Shown here: positions 8,252-15,957 of the stretch, piece by piece
How positions within the stretch are numbered: the first letter of the stretch is position 1
How the letters are laid out: every line of letters starts with the position of its first letter
The notes under the pieces: model-generated
The model's database searches: none
What the model was told of the DNA's origin: nothing
The model's input: the letters and a program-made list of their open reading frames with translations, nothing else
Origin: Candidatus Diapherotrites archaeon CG10_big_fil_rev_8_21_14_0_10_31_34
GTDB taxonomy: Archaea > Iainarchaeota > Iainarchaeia > Iainarchaeales > 1-14-0-10-31-34
Length of the DNA stretch: 21,908 bases
Direction: 5' to 3'
Assembly (NCBI GenBank): GCA_002763225.1
Contig: PFAI01000009.1
Location: forward strand, 4,228-26,135
Program-made: the position numbers and the translations under genes

Positions 8252-10012
8252 TTATTTGACAGTGCAAACTTTTGCAAGATTTCTTGGCTTGTCAGGGTTT
8301 CTCTCCAAAAAGACTGCAGTATGAAATGCAAGCAACTGCAAAGGAGGAATTAAAATTAAAGGAAACAAAAGCTCTTTAACTTTAGGTATTTTAATAAAAA
8401 AATCAAATACTGGGTTTTCTTCATCTCCTATTCCAACAATAAATGCTCCACGAGATTTTGCTTCAATTGCATTATTAATTGTGTCAGAAAAAACTGAGTC
8501 TTTTGGCGCAACAACAATAACTGGAACTCCATCTGAAATCAAAGCTAAAGGGCCGTGCTTTAAGCTTCCGGCAGGAAAAGCTTCTGCATGAATATAAGAA
8601 ATTTCTTTCAGTTTTAATGCAGCTTCCAATGCAAGAGGATAATTCAGGCTTCTTCCAATAAAATAAACATCTTTAACTGACTTGAATTTTTCTGAAAGAA
8701 ATTTAATTGAATTTTTGTTTAATTCAATTGACTGCTGCATTTTCAAGAAAACTTTTTTTAGTTCAGTTAAAGCTGAATCAAATTTTCCTGCACAGGAACT
8801 TGCAAGCAAATACAATAAAGCTATCTGAGAAGTAAAAGCCTTGGTTGAAGCAACACCAATTTCTTCACCGCAATTCAAATAAATTACTTTATCGCTTGCT
8901 CTTGCAAGAGAAGAATTAAACACATTAACCATTGAAACAATTTTGAATCCCTTCTTTTTTGCTTTCTTCACTGAATCCAATACGTCTGCAGTTTCCCCGC
9001 TCTGAGATAAAGCAAAAATCAAAGAATTTTTTGGAAGAAAATCCACTTGATAAGGGAATTCAGATGCATCAATTACCTGAGGAAAAATTCCAGATATTCT
9101 GGAAAAAAATTCTTTTCCAAACAACGAAGCATTAAAAGAAGTGCCGTTAGCAATAAAAAAAACACTTGAATTTTTCATCATCAAAAAAATTTCATTAAAA
9201 ATTTTTTTTTCCTGCTCCAAGGCATTCCTTAAAACAAAAGGCTGTTCCATTATTTCTTTTAACATGAAATGAGAATACTTTAGTTTTCCTGAAGAAGTTA
9301 CATCAGATTTAACTTTAAGGATTTTTCTTTCAACTTTATTTAAATCAAAATCAAAGCACTGAAACTTGTTTTTTGAAATTAAAGCAATGTCTTTGTCTTC
9401 CAAAAAAACAAATTTATCAGTAAAAGAACTCAAAGGAATCTGGTCTGAAGCCGCAAAAATTCCTTTATCAGAGATTCCCAAAAGCAAAGGGCTTTCATTT
9501 TTAACTGCAATCAGTTTATCTGGTTCATCCGAAGAAAAAACCAGTAAAGAAAAACTTCCTTTTAAAACAGAAACAGATTTTGAAACAGAATGCAATAAAT
9601 CCATTCCTTTAGATAAATTTTCTTCAATTAAATGCAATACTACTTCAGAATCAGTTTCAGAACAAAAATTATGGCTGCAAAGCTCTTTTTTCAGTTCAGA
9701 AAAATTTTCTATTATGCCGTTATGAACCAAAGTAAGCTTGTTGCCGGCAGAAACATGAGGATGGGCATTAACTTCATTAATTTTTCCATGAGTAGCCCAG
9801 CGGGTATGGCCTATTGCTAAACCGGATTTAATTTCCTGAATTTTTTTTGGGATACCATTTATTTCTCCCACAGCTTTAAAAAAAGTAATTTTTTTGCCAG
9901 AAAGAAAAGCAACTCCCCAAGAATCATATCCACGGTATTCAAGTTTTTTTAATGCACCAGTAATTATTTTTCCTTTAATTGGTTCTCCTATGAAGCCGAC
10001 TATCCCGCACAT
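8252..10012 (-). CDS. glmS: Glutamine--fructose-6-phosphate transaminase (isomerizing)
   Basis: GTG start, MCGIVG (catalytic Cys1), LEYRGYDS, GHTRWATHG, HNGIIEN, SQSGETAD, VASTKAF, ALKLKEISYIHAE, DKPRNLAKVCTV. Confidence 0.98.
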   Translation of the reverse strand: MCGIVGFIGEPIKGKIITGALKKLEYRGYDSWGVAFLSGKKITFFKAVGEINGIPKKIQEIKSGLAIGHTRWATHGKINEVNAHPHVSAGNKLTLVHNGIIENFSELKKELCSHNFCSETDSEVVLHLIEENLSKGMDLLHSVSKSVSVLKGSFSLLVFSSDEPDKLIAVKNESPLLLGISDKGIFAASDQIPLSSFTDKFVFLEDKDIALISKNKFQCFDFDLNKVERKILKVKSDVTSSGKLKYSHFMLKEIMEQPFVLRNALEQEKKIFNEIFLMMKNSSVFFIANGTSFNASLFGKEFFSRISGIFPQVIDASEFPYQVDFLPKNSLIFALSQSGETADVLDSVKKAKKKGFKIVSMVNVFNSSLARASDKVIYLNCGEEIGVASTKAFTSQIALLYLLASSCAGKFDSALTELKKVFLKMQQSIELNKNSIKFLSEKFKSVKDVYFIGRSLNYPLALEAALKLKEISYIHAEAFPAGSLKHGPLALISDGVPVIVVAPKDSVFSDTINNAIEAKSRGAFIVGIGDEENPVFDFFIKIPKVKELLFPLILIPPLQLLAFHTAVFLERNPDKPRNLAKVCTVK

Positions 10013-10160
10013 TAAACAATAATGCCGGTTAAACTTTAAAAACAGGCTATTAAAAGAAAAACAAAAGCAGAAAACAAAGGTTTAAAAATAAAAACAAACC
10101 ATTAATAATAAAAAGTTAATAACACTATAATGTTTTTAATAATGGTTCAGGGGAAAATTA

Positions 10161-11069
10161 ATGGAAGAAAAAATTTTTGATGATCCGGAAAAATTAAAGC
10201 CATTGCTTTCCAAAACCGGCTGGAAAATTTTTCAGTTATTGAATGAAAAAGCTTATTATTCTGCAGAAATAGCAAAAAAGCTGGGATTGCATGAACAAAA
10301 AGTGTATTATTACATTAATCAGCTGAAAAAAAATAATTTGATTGAAGTTGAAAGAACTGAAGAAAAGTTTGGGGCACTAGCCAAATACTTTAAAGCAAAA
10401 TTTAATGCAGTTTCTTTGATTGCAGGAGAAGAAAAAAGAAAAGAATTTGAGGTAAGCGGAAAAGAAAAAAAACTGGATAAAAAACTGGAAGAATTTTTTT
10501 CTCCGTTTATTGAGAAAGGAAAATTTAATGCAAAAATTGTTGTTGGGTCCCCTGACCCTCACGGAAGCTTTAAGGCAAGGGCAAGAGATGCTTTTCTGGC
10601 AGTGGAATTAAGCGCTTTTTTTGGTTCTCTTTCAAAAGAATTAAGGTATCCAATAGTTTTTTTGGATACAGAAATTGATTCACTGAAAAACGAGAACAGC
10701 AATTTGATTGTGATTGGAGGGATTTTAACTAATACTTTAACTAAAACAGTTAACTCTAAACTGAATGCAGGATTTATTCCTTTTGGGGGGAGATGGATTA
10801 TTCAGTCAAAAGCATCAAAAAAAGAGTTTAACGAAGATGCAGTTGGTTTTATTGAAGTAATAAGGCATCCTTTTTTTGCCAGAAAAAAAATTATGGTTAT
10901 TGCAGGAAACAGAAATGCCGGAACAAAAGCAGCAATAATTGCATTGGTCAGGCATTCAAATGAAATAGCTAAACCAAACTTTTTTAACGAAAAACTCCAG
11001 TCAAAAATAGTTGAAGGAATTGACTTGGACGGAGACGGCAAAATAGATAATGCTGAAATAAAAGAATAA
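10161..11069 (+). CDS. ArsR-like wHTH transcriptional regulator with C-terminal alpha/beta domain (S-layer-C-like) and DxDxDG motif
   Basis: YSAEIAKKLGLHEQKVYYYINQLKKNNLIEV HTH; IVVGSPDPHG; NLIVIGG..TN; IMVIAG; DLDGDGKID at the end. Divergent from glmS. Confidence 0.75.
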   Translation: MEEKIFDDPEKLKPLLSKTGWKIFQLLNEKAYYSAEIAKKLGLHEQKVYYYINQLKKNNLIEVERTEEKFGALAKYFKAKFNAVSLIAGEEKRKEFEVSGKEKKLDKKLEEFFSPFIEKGKFNAKIVVGSPDPHGSFKARARDAFLAVELSAFFGSLSKELRYPIVFLDTEIDSLKNENSNLIVIGGILTNTLTKTVNSKLNAGFIPFGGRWIIQSKASKKEFNEDAVGFIEVIRHPFFARKKIMVIAGNRNAGTKAAIIALVRHSNEIAKPNFFNEKLQSKIVEGIDLDGDGKIDNAEIKE

Positions 11070-11101
11070 ATATTTTAAGCAGTAATGCGTATTATGAATG
11101 T

Positions 11102-11437
11102 ATGACAGCAGGATTAACTCAAAGGCAGGCAGAAGAAAGAAAATTAATGCAGAAAAACCCTCATCTGCTTGATGTGCTTTTGGCAAAAGAAAGAACAATT
11201 GAATCAAAGCTTAGGACTACTTTGGCTGTTATTAACACTTCAGCTGCAGTCGGGGCATTTGGTTTTGCTTTAATCAAGTTTTTTGAAGGAAATGAACTGG
11301 CAACAGATTTAGGCTGGTTTTTGCTGTTTTGTGCTTTGATTATTGCTTTATATGGAGTAAAAAGGTTTATTCATTATCGTTATGAATCAGATTCAATCAA
11401 AAAGCACAGGGCTGACTTGGCTGATCTGGTTGAGTGA
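11102..11437 (+). CDS. DUF202 (YidH-like) small membrane protein
   Basis: LAKERT..S.LRT motif followed by two TM helices. Confidence 0.75.
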   Translation: MTAGLTQRQAEERKLMQKNPHLLDVLLAKERTIESKLRTTLAVINTSAAVGAFGFALIKFFEGNELATDLGWFLLFCALIIALYGVKRFIHYRYESDSIKKHRADLADLVE

Positions 11438-11477
11438 AAATCAAAAAACGCATAGCTGATTTGGGTGAGTGAAAAAA

Positions 11478-11756
11478 ATGGAATTAAGCGAATTTACTGC
11501 TAAAAGCTGTATGAGTAAGACAGCATGCGAGTTTCTGCCTAAAAAAAAAACTGAATTAAATTTAGAGAAAGTAGCTGAAAGCTTAAGAAAAAATGAAGTA
11601 TTGGTTGATATTGAAACGCCTTTTGTTTTGATTTTAAAGTTCAAAGGAAAAAACATTTCTTTATTCAAAAGCGGAAAAATAATAATAAAAGAAACTCCGG
11701 AAGAAAAAGAAGCAAAAAAAATCGCTGAAGCTTTAATGAAAAAAATTGAAGAATAA
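11478..11756 (+). CDS. Small conserved alpha/beta protein resembling the C-terminal domain of long ThiF/MoeB proteins
   Basis: LNLEKVAESL...TPFVLIL...ISLFKSGKIIIK...EEKEAKKIAE pattern. ATG 11478 follows GTGA-A6 (the ORF track starts at GTG 11469). Confidence 0.5.
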   Translation: MELSEFTAKSCMSKTACEFLPKKKTELNLEKVAESLRKNEVLVDIETPFVLILKFKGKNISLFKSGKIIIKETPEEKEAKKIAEALMKKIEE

Positions 11757-11840
11757 AGGAAAAAAAGCAGAACATCAGGTTTAAATATGAGTTTTGACTT
11801 ATTAGCTTTAATTAATTTAATTTCGTGAGATGAAATTTAA

Positions 11841-12437
11841 ATGGATTTAACAAATATTTTTTCATTATGGAAAAATGCTGTAATGAATCCTAAAGAAACT
11901 TTTGTAAAAGAAAAAGCAAATGCTTCTGTAGGAATAGGAATTCTATACTATTTTATTGCATTTCTAATTTCAGGACTTTTAGGGATGTTAGGGCTTTTCA
12001 TCAACATTGGAACGGCTATAACAGTTACTGGTGCGGGGGTAGTAATTGGTGCAGCAATTGTTGGCTCAATATTAACTATTATTGGACAAGGAATTTTATT
12101 CATTATAGCTAAACTTTTAGGAGGAAAAGGAACAATAATACAGCAATATTATTTGGTTGCATTATATGCTGCGCCTTTAACAATATTGTCTTCAGTAATT
12201 TCTCTAATTCCATTAGTAGGGTTACTTTCATTACTAATTGGGCTTTATGAACTTTATTTGCTTTTACTGGTTTTAACTGAAGTTCACCAGTATGGAATGG
12301 GAAAAGCTGCTTTAACAGTATTCTTGCCGGCAATAATAATATTGATTTTATTGGTCATCATACTTGGAGCAGCAGTAATATCAATATTAGGCGCAGTAAG
12401 TTCTGGAAGTACTTCAGGTTTAGTTGGATTAATCTAA
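11841..12437 (+). CDS. Yip1-domain membrane protein
   Basis: NPKETF, AKLLGGKG and YAAP motifs with about five TM segments. Confidence 0.8.
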   Translation: MDLTNIFSLWKNAVMNPKETFVKEKANASVGIGILYYFIAFLISGLLGMLGLFINIGTAITVTGAGVVIGAAIVGSILTIIGQGILFIIAKLLGGKGTIIQQYYLVALYAAPLTILSSVISLIPLVGLLSLLIGLYELYLLLLVLTEVHQYGMGKAALTVFLPAIIILILLVIILGAAVISILGAVSSGSTSGLVGLI

Positions 12438-12495
12438 CTAAACTTTTCTTTTTTTTTTAAAAAGCTTTAACTAGCTTTAGCACTAAAAATCTTAT

Positions 12496-13626
12496 ATGAA
12501 GTCTTTTGTTATCGGAAGAATAGAAGGAATTCAGGTTGAACTGCATTCAACTTTTGTGTTTTTTATTTTGTTTTTGTTTGGATTGCTTGCAGTTTTTGAT
12601 CCGGTTAATTTACTTGGAAGCATAACTTTAATTGTTTTTTTGTTTACTTCAGTTTTTTTTCATGAATTAAGTCATTCAATTGTTTCAATCAGCAAAAGAA
12701 TTAAAGTAAAAAAAATCATTTTGCTTCCGATTGGAGGAATGGCTTTAACAGACAATTTTCCGGATAAGCCAATAGATGAGTTCCTGATTTCAATTGCAGG
12801 GCCATTATTTAATTTTGCTGTAGTAATAGTTTTAGTTATTTTAGTTAGTTTATTTGATTTCATTCCTTTTCCATGGGATTTCATTGAAAACAGATTGAAT
12901 CTTGATTTTAGTTTAATGCATTACCCTGTTTTTGCTTTAATGTATGTTAATTTAATTTTAGGAACATTTAATTTATTGCTTCCGGCACTTCCATTAGACG
13001 GAGGAAGAGTCTGGCGTTCATTGCTTGCAATGAAATTCGGAAAAACCAATGCAACAAAATTTGTTTCCATGATAAGCAAAATAATTGCATTAATTTTATT
13101 TGTTTTTGCAGTTTTTTTTGGCGGAGGAATAATTCTGGCAATAATAGCAGTATTCATTTATTTTGCTTCAAAATACGAAAACGACTTGCAGCAAATGAAA
13201 TCAATTTTAACCGGAATAACCCTAAAAAGCATAATAAAAGAAGAAATTCCTTTGCTTCAAAAAAACCTGAATTTAAAAGAATTATTTGATTTAATGCAAG
13301 AAGAAAATGTTTTTGCATTTGTAATCAAAGAAAAGCAATTAAAATACATTGATTTAGAATTAATTAAAAAAGTCAACCAAAAAAATTGGGGCAAAACAAA
13401 GGCTTCAGAGATTTCTGTTGTACTTCCATTGATTCCTGTTTCAGCTAAAGCAGAAAAAGCAATGGAATTATTTATGGCAACAAACTTTGAGTTAATCGGA
13501 GTTCACTCAAACGGAAAACTTGCAGGAGTAATTGAAAAAAAAGAAATGCAGGAATTGTTTGAATTAGCAAAAGCAAAAAAGAAAAAAAATAAAGACAGCA
13601 GGACTGAAACTGTTCCGGCAGTTTAG
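12496..13626 (+). CDS. Site-2 protease (peptidase M50) with degenerate C-terminal CBS-like region
   Basis: FFHELSH (HExxH), LLPIGG, ISIAGPLFN, NLLLPALPLDGGRV. Soluble C-terminus ending KLAGVIEKKEM. Confidence 0.9.
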   Translation: MKSFVIGRIEGIQVELHSTFVFFILFLFGLLAVFDPVNLLGSITLIVFLFTSVFFHELSHSIVSISKRIKVKKIILLPIGGMALTDNFPDKPIDEFLISIAGPLFNFAVVIVLVILVSLFDFIPFPWDFIENRLNLDFSLMHYPVFALMYVNLILGTFNLLLPALPLDGGRVWRSLLAMKFGKTNATKFVSMISKIIALILFVFAVFFGGGIILAIIAVFIYFASKYENDLQQMKSILTGITLKSIIKEEIPLLQKNLNLKELFDLMQEENVFAFVIKEKQLKYIDLELIKKVNQKNWGKTKASEISVVLPLIPVSAKAEKAMELFMATNFELIGVHSNGKLAGVIEKKEMQELFELAKAKKKKNKDSRTETVPAV

Positions 13627-13697
13627 TGCGGTGCACGCCATAAAGGCGTGCTAGCGCAACTTTATGTTGCGCATCGTGCTCAAACGGCGAAACGTTT
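13625..13697. other. GC-rich T-shaped (three-way junction) structure plus a hairpin directly upstream of tRNA-Ser
   Basis: Arms gcacgcc-ataaa-ggcgtgc (13633-13651) and gcgcaac-tttat-gttgcgc (13654-13672), closed by agtgcggt/atcgtgct with G.U pairs. Then caaacg-gcgaaa-cgtttg. Confidence 0.65.
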
Positions 13698-13781
13698 GCA
13701 GGGATGGCAGAGCGGTTAAATGCACCGGTTTCGAAAACCGGAGTCTGAAAAGACGCGGGAGTTCGAATCTCTCTCCCTGCG
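13698..13781 (+). tRNA. tRNA-Ser (anticodon CGA)
   Basis: Acceptor GCAGGGA/TCCCTGC; anticodon arm CCGGT-TTCGAAA-ACCGG; long variable arm GTCT-GAAA-AGAC; T-loop GTTCGAATC; discriminator G; CCA not encoded. Confidence 0.95.
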
Positions 13782-13811
13782 TAAACCCGCTTTCGTGCTG
13801 GTGTAACGGAA

Positions 13812-13840
13812 TACTTTGCCCTATCTTTGATAGGGCGGTA
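13812..13840. terminator. Stem-loop downstream of tRNA-Ser
   Basis: tgccctatc-ttt-gatagggcg core, extendable by tac/gta. Terminator or processing role is inferred. Confidence 0.4.
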
Positions 13841-13932
13841 ATATTTATAGAGGATTAAAAATTCTGAGCTACTTTTAGAAAGAGAGCACATCATCTAAAG
13901 ATTAAATAATGTTCTTCAATAATTATTAGTTT

Positions 13933-15381
13933 ATGCAGGAAAAAAAAACAGCACTATTTTTGATTTTGATTGTATTGATTGGATTAGGGTTAAGGTTTGC
14001 TCCGGTAATGCTTTTTGGCACCCAGATGAGCTATGATGCGCCATACCATCAAAGAATAGCAGAAAAAGTTTTTGAATTAAAAGAAATTCCTTTAATGGAT
14101 GAAAGCATGGGGGGAAGAGCAAACATTTATCCTCCGTTATACAGTGTATTTCAAAACATAATGCATTATGCTACCGGCTTTGATTTCTTTTTTTTGGGGA
14201 TGATTTTACTGCCAATTATTTCTTTGCTGGCAATCTTAACTGTATTTGTTTTTGTCAGAAAATATGCCGGAACAAGAAAAGCATTACTTGCAGCTTTTCT
14301 GACGGCAATTAGTTCTTCTTTGATTGCATATGCTTTTGACAGTCCGGAAAACTTTGTTTTCTTTTTTCTGCCGGCAGTAATTCTTTTATTTAATGAAAAC
14401 AAAGGAAAACTGGGGGCAGTAATTTATGCAAGCGGGTTGCTTTGGAATTACCTGATAATAATTGCTTCAGTTATTCCATTGATTTTTTATTTAAGGAAAA
14501 AAATCAAAGAATTAATTTATGTCGGGCTTGGATTGCTTCTTACAGTAATTTATTATTTTGTTTTTCACGGGGAAAGCGTTTTCTATAATCAGGACATTAA
14601 TTTAGCAATGGATTTTGTTTCTTTAAGTTTTAAACCGGCTTTTTTTGTTTCAGTTTTAATCAGTTACCTGCTGATTATTCCATTGATTTATTTTATCTGG
14701 AAAAACGGTTTAAACAAGAAAGCGGATTACTGGAAATACTTTATTTTTTTGAGTTTAATTTCTTTAACAACTGTTTTCTTGACTCCTTTTTTGAGGGCAT
14801 GGGAACAAATAAAGTTTTTGTCTTTGAGTTCAATTATAGTTTTAGCATGCATTCAAGTGTTTGACAAAAAAGTAAAAATTTATGCAGGAGTTTATGTTTT
14901 AATTTTGTTTTGTTCTTCTTTGGTGATGTGCTTTCAGGGATTTTATCCAAGCACCATGAAACAGGATTTTAGTTCAATGAAATTCCTGGAAGAATTCACT
15001 GAAAAAGGAAGCATTTTAGCCGAGCCAAGCTTTTCAGAGCACATGAGAAATACAACTGGATTAAATGAAAGGATTTTAACTTCACTTTATTTTGAGAACA
15101 CAGGAAAAAATTCTTTTCTAAAAGAAAGCCTGAATTATTTAACTTTTCAGGAAATAGAAAACGAAAAAGAGTTTTTTGAGAAAAGCGATTTAAGGTTTAT
15201 TGCATTAAATTTTGAAGATAAGGCCACAAGAAACACAGACAAAATAAAAGAAAAAGAAACATTTAACAAAATTTACTCAATGAAATATTACAGAAAATGC
15301 TTAATCCAGAATAAAATAATTGGGTATACTTGCGGATGGAATGAAACAGAAGTATTAGAATACAATGAATATGGAAAATGA
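13933..15381 (+). CDS. GT-C-fold (STT3/AglB- or ArnT-like) multi-pass membrane protein
   Basis: First-loop motif SYDAPYHQR...GRANIYPPLY resembles the STT3 D.YYH.R...YPP motif. Many TM helices and a soluble C-terminal domain. No WWDYG. Confidence 0.6.
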   Translation: MQEKKTALFLILIVLIGLGLRFAPVMLFGTQMSYDAPYHQRIAEKVFELKEIPLMDESMGGRANIYPPLYSVFQNIMHYATGFDFFFLGMILLPIISLLAILTVFVFVRKYAGTRKALLAAFLTAISSSLIAYAFDSPENFVFFFLPAVILLFNENKGKLGAVIYASGLLWNYLIIIASVIPLIFYLRKKIKELIYVGLGLLLTVIYYFVFHGESVFYNQDINLAMDFVSLSFKPAFFVSVLISYLLIIPLIYFIWKNGLNKKADYWKYFIFLSLISLTTVFLTPFLRAWEQIKFLSLSSIIVLACIQVFDKKVKIYAGVYVLILFCSSLVMCFQGFYPSTMKQDFSSMKFLEEFTEKGSILAEPSFSEHMRNTTGLNERILTSLYFENTGKNSFLKESLNYLTFQEIENEKEFFEKSDLRFIALNFEDKATRNTDKIKEKETFNKIYSMKYYRKCLIQNKIIGYTCGWNETEVLEYNEYGK

Positions 15382-15433
15382 GCAATCGAAAACAAGAAAT
15401 AATCTTTCAAACAACAATAACTCTGTTTATTTC

Positions 15434-15557
15434 AGTACGACCGAAAGTCGTACTTTTGGTTAAACCCTTTGAAAAAGGTTTTGCTGAAACAGTTTTTTTT
15501 GTTCAACCTTTTTTTTAAAAAGGTTGTTTTGGTAAAGCTTTTTGAAAAAAAGGTTTT
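15434..15557. repeat. Perfect hairpin followed by three related palindromic units directly upstream of tRNA-Gly
   Basis: agtacgac-cgaaa-gtcgtact (15434-15454). Units at 15462-15481, 15504-15526 and 15534-15557 share AA(C/G)C-T-run-A-run-GGTT, each preceded by TTTTG(G/T)T. Confidence 0.7.
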
Positions 15558-15628
15558 GCGTCTATGGTCCAGTGGTAAGATGTAGGCTTCCCAAGCCTAA
15601 GTTGCGGGTTCGATTCCCGCTAGGCGCA
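15558..15628 (+). tRNA. tRNA-Gly (anticodon CCC)
   Basis: Acceptor GCGTCTA/TAGGCGC; anticodon arm TAGGC-TTCCCAA-GCCTA; T-arm GCGGG-TTCGATT-CCCGC; discriminator A; CCA not encoded. Confidence 0.95.
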
Positions 15629-15631
15629 TAA

Positions 15632-15718
15632 TCAGAGATTACAGCCAAAGGCAGTAATAAGCTGAGGGTTATCCGGATTTCCTCTTCTTAACTTAAAATT
15701 ACATCCACAGAATTTCAT
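15632..15718 (-). CDS. Putative 28-aa Cys-containing micropeptide
   Basis: MKFCGCNFKLRRGNPDNPQLITAFGCNL*, preceded by AAGGTG-tttaaa-ATG (SD-like). Not in the ORF track. Confidence 0.35.
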   Translation of the reverse strand: MKFCGCNFKLRRGNPDNPQLITAFGCNL

Positions 15719-15754
15719 TTTAAACACCTTAAAAAAATAAAAAAAAGAAAAGAA

Positions 15755-15892
15755 TTAATTTGCTTTTTTTAGCTCTTTAATTCTTTCTTCAACGCCTTTA
15801 GTTTCTTTCTCTAAAGAGTCCTTGTAATCATTCAGCATTTCAAGTTTTTCCTCTTTAGAAATGAATTGTCTAGGAGTACAACATCCACACAT
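15755..15892 (-). CDS. 45-aa coiled-coil protein, DUF5320-like
   Basis: MCGCCTPRQFISKEEKLEMLNDYKDSLEKETKGVEERIKELKKAN*, with strong SD AGGAGGTG upstream. Not in the ORF track. Confidence 0.8.
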   Translation of the reverse strand: MCGCCTPRQFISKEEKLEMLNDYKDSLEKETKGVEERIKELKKAN

Positions 15893-15957
15893 AACAACAC
15901 CTCCTAAAAGAACCAATACAACAAAAGATTTAAATAATATTAGGCTTGCCTAATAAA

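Noticed and set aside
10013..10160. glmS ribozyme upstream of glmS
   Set aside because: The region is short and very AT-rich, with no pairing potential for the ribozyme core.
13782..13840. Possible tRNA half or second tRNA (TGGTGTAACGGAATAC plus stem-loop)
   Set aside because: No T-arm or acceptor pairing, and the putative anticodon loop is non-canonical. Kept only as a hairpin.
15434..15557. CRISPR array
   Set aside because: Units are not identical, there are no unique spacers of regular length, and there are no cas genes in the window.
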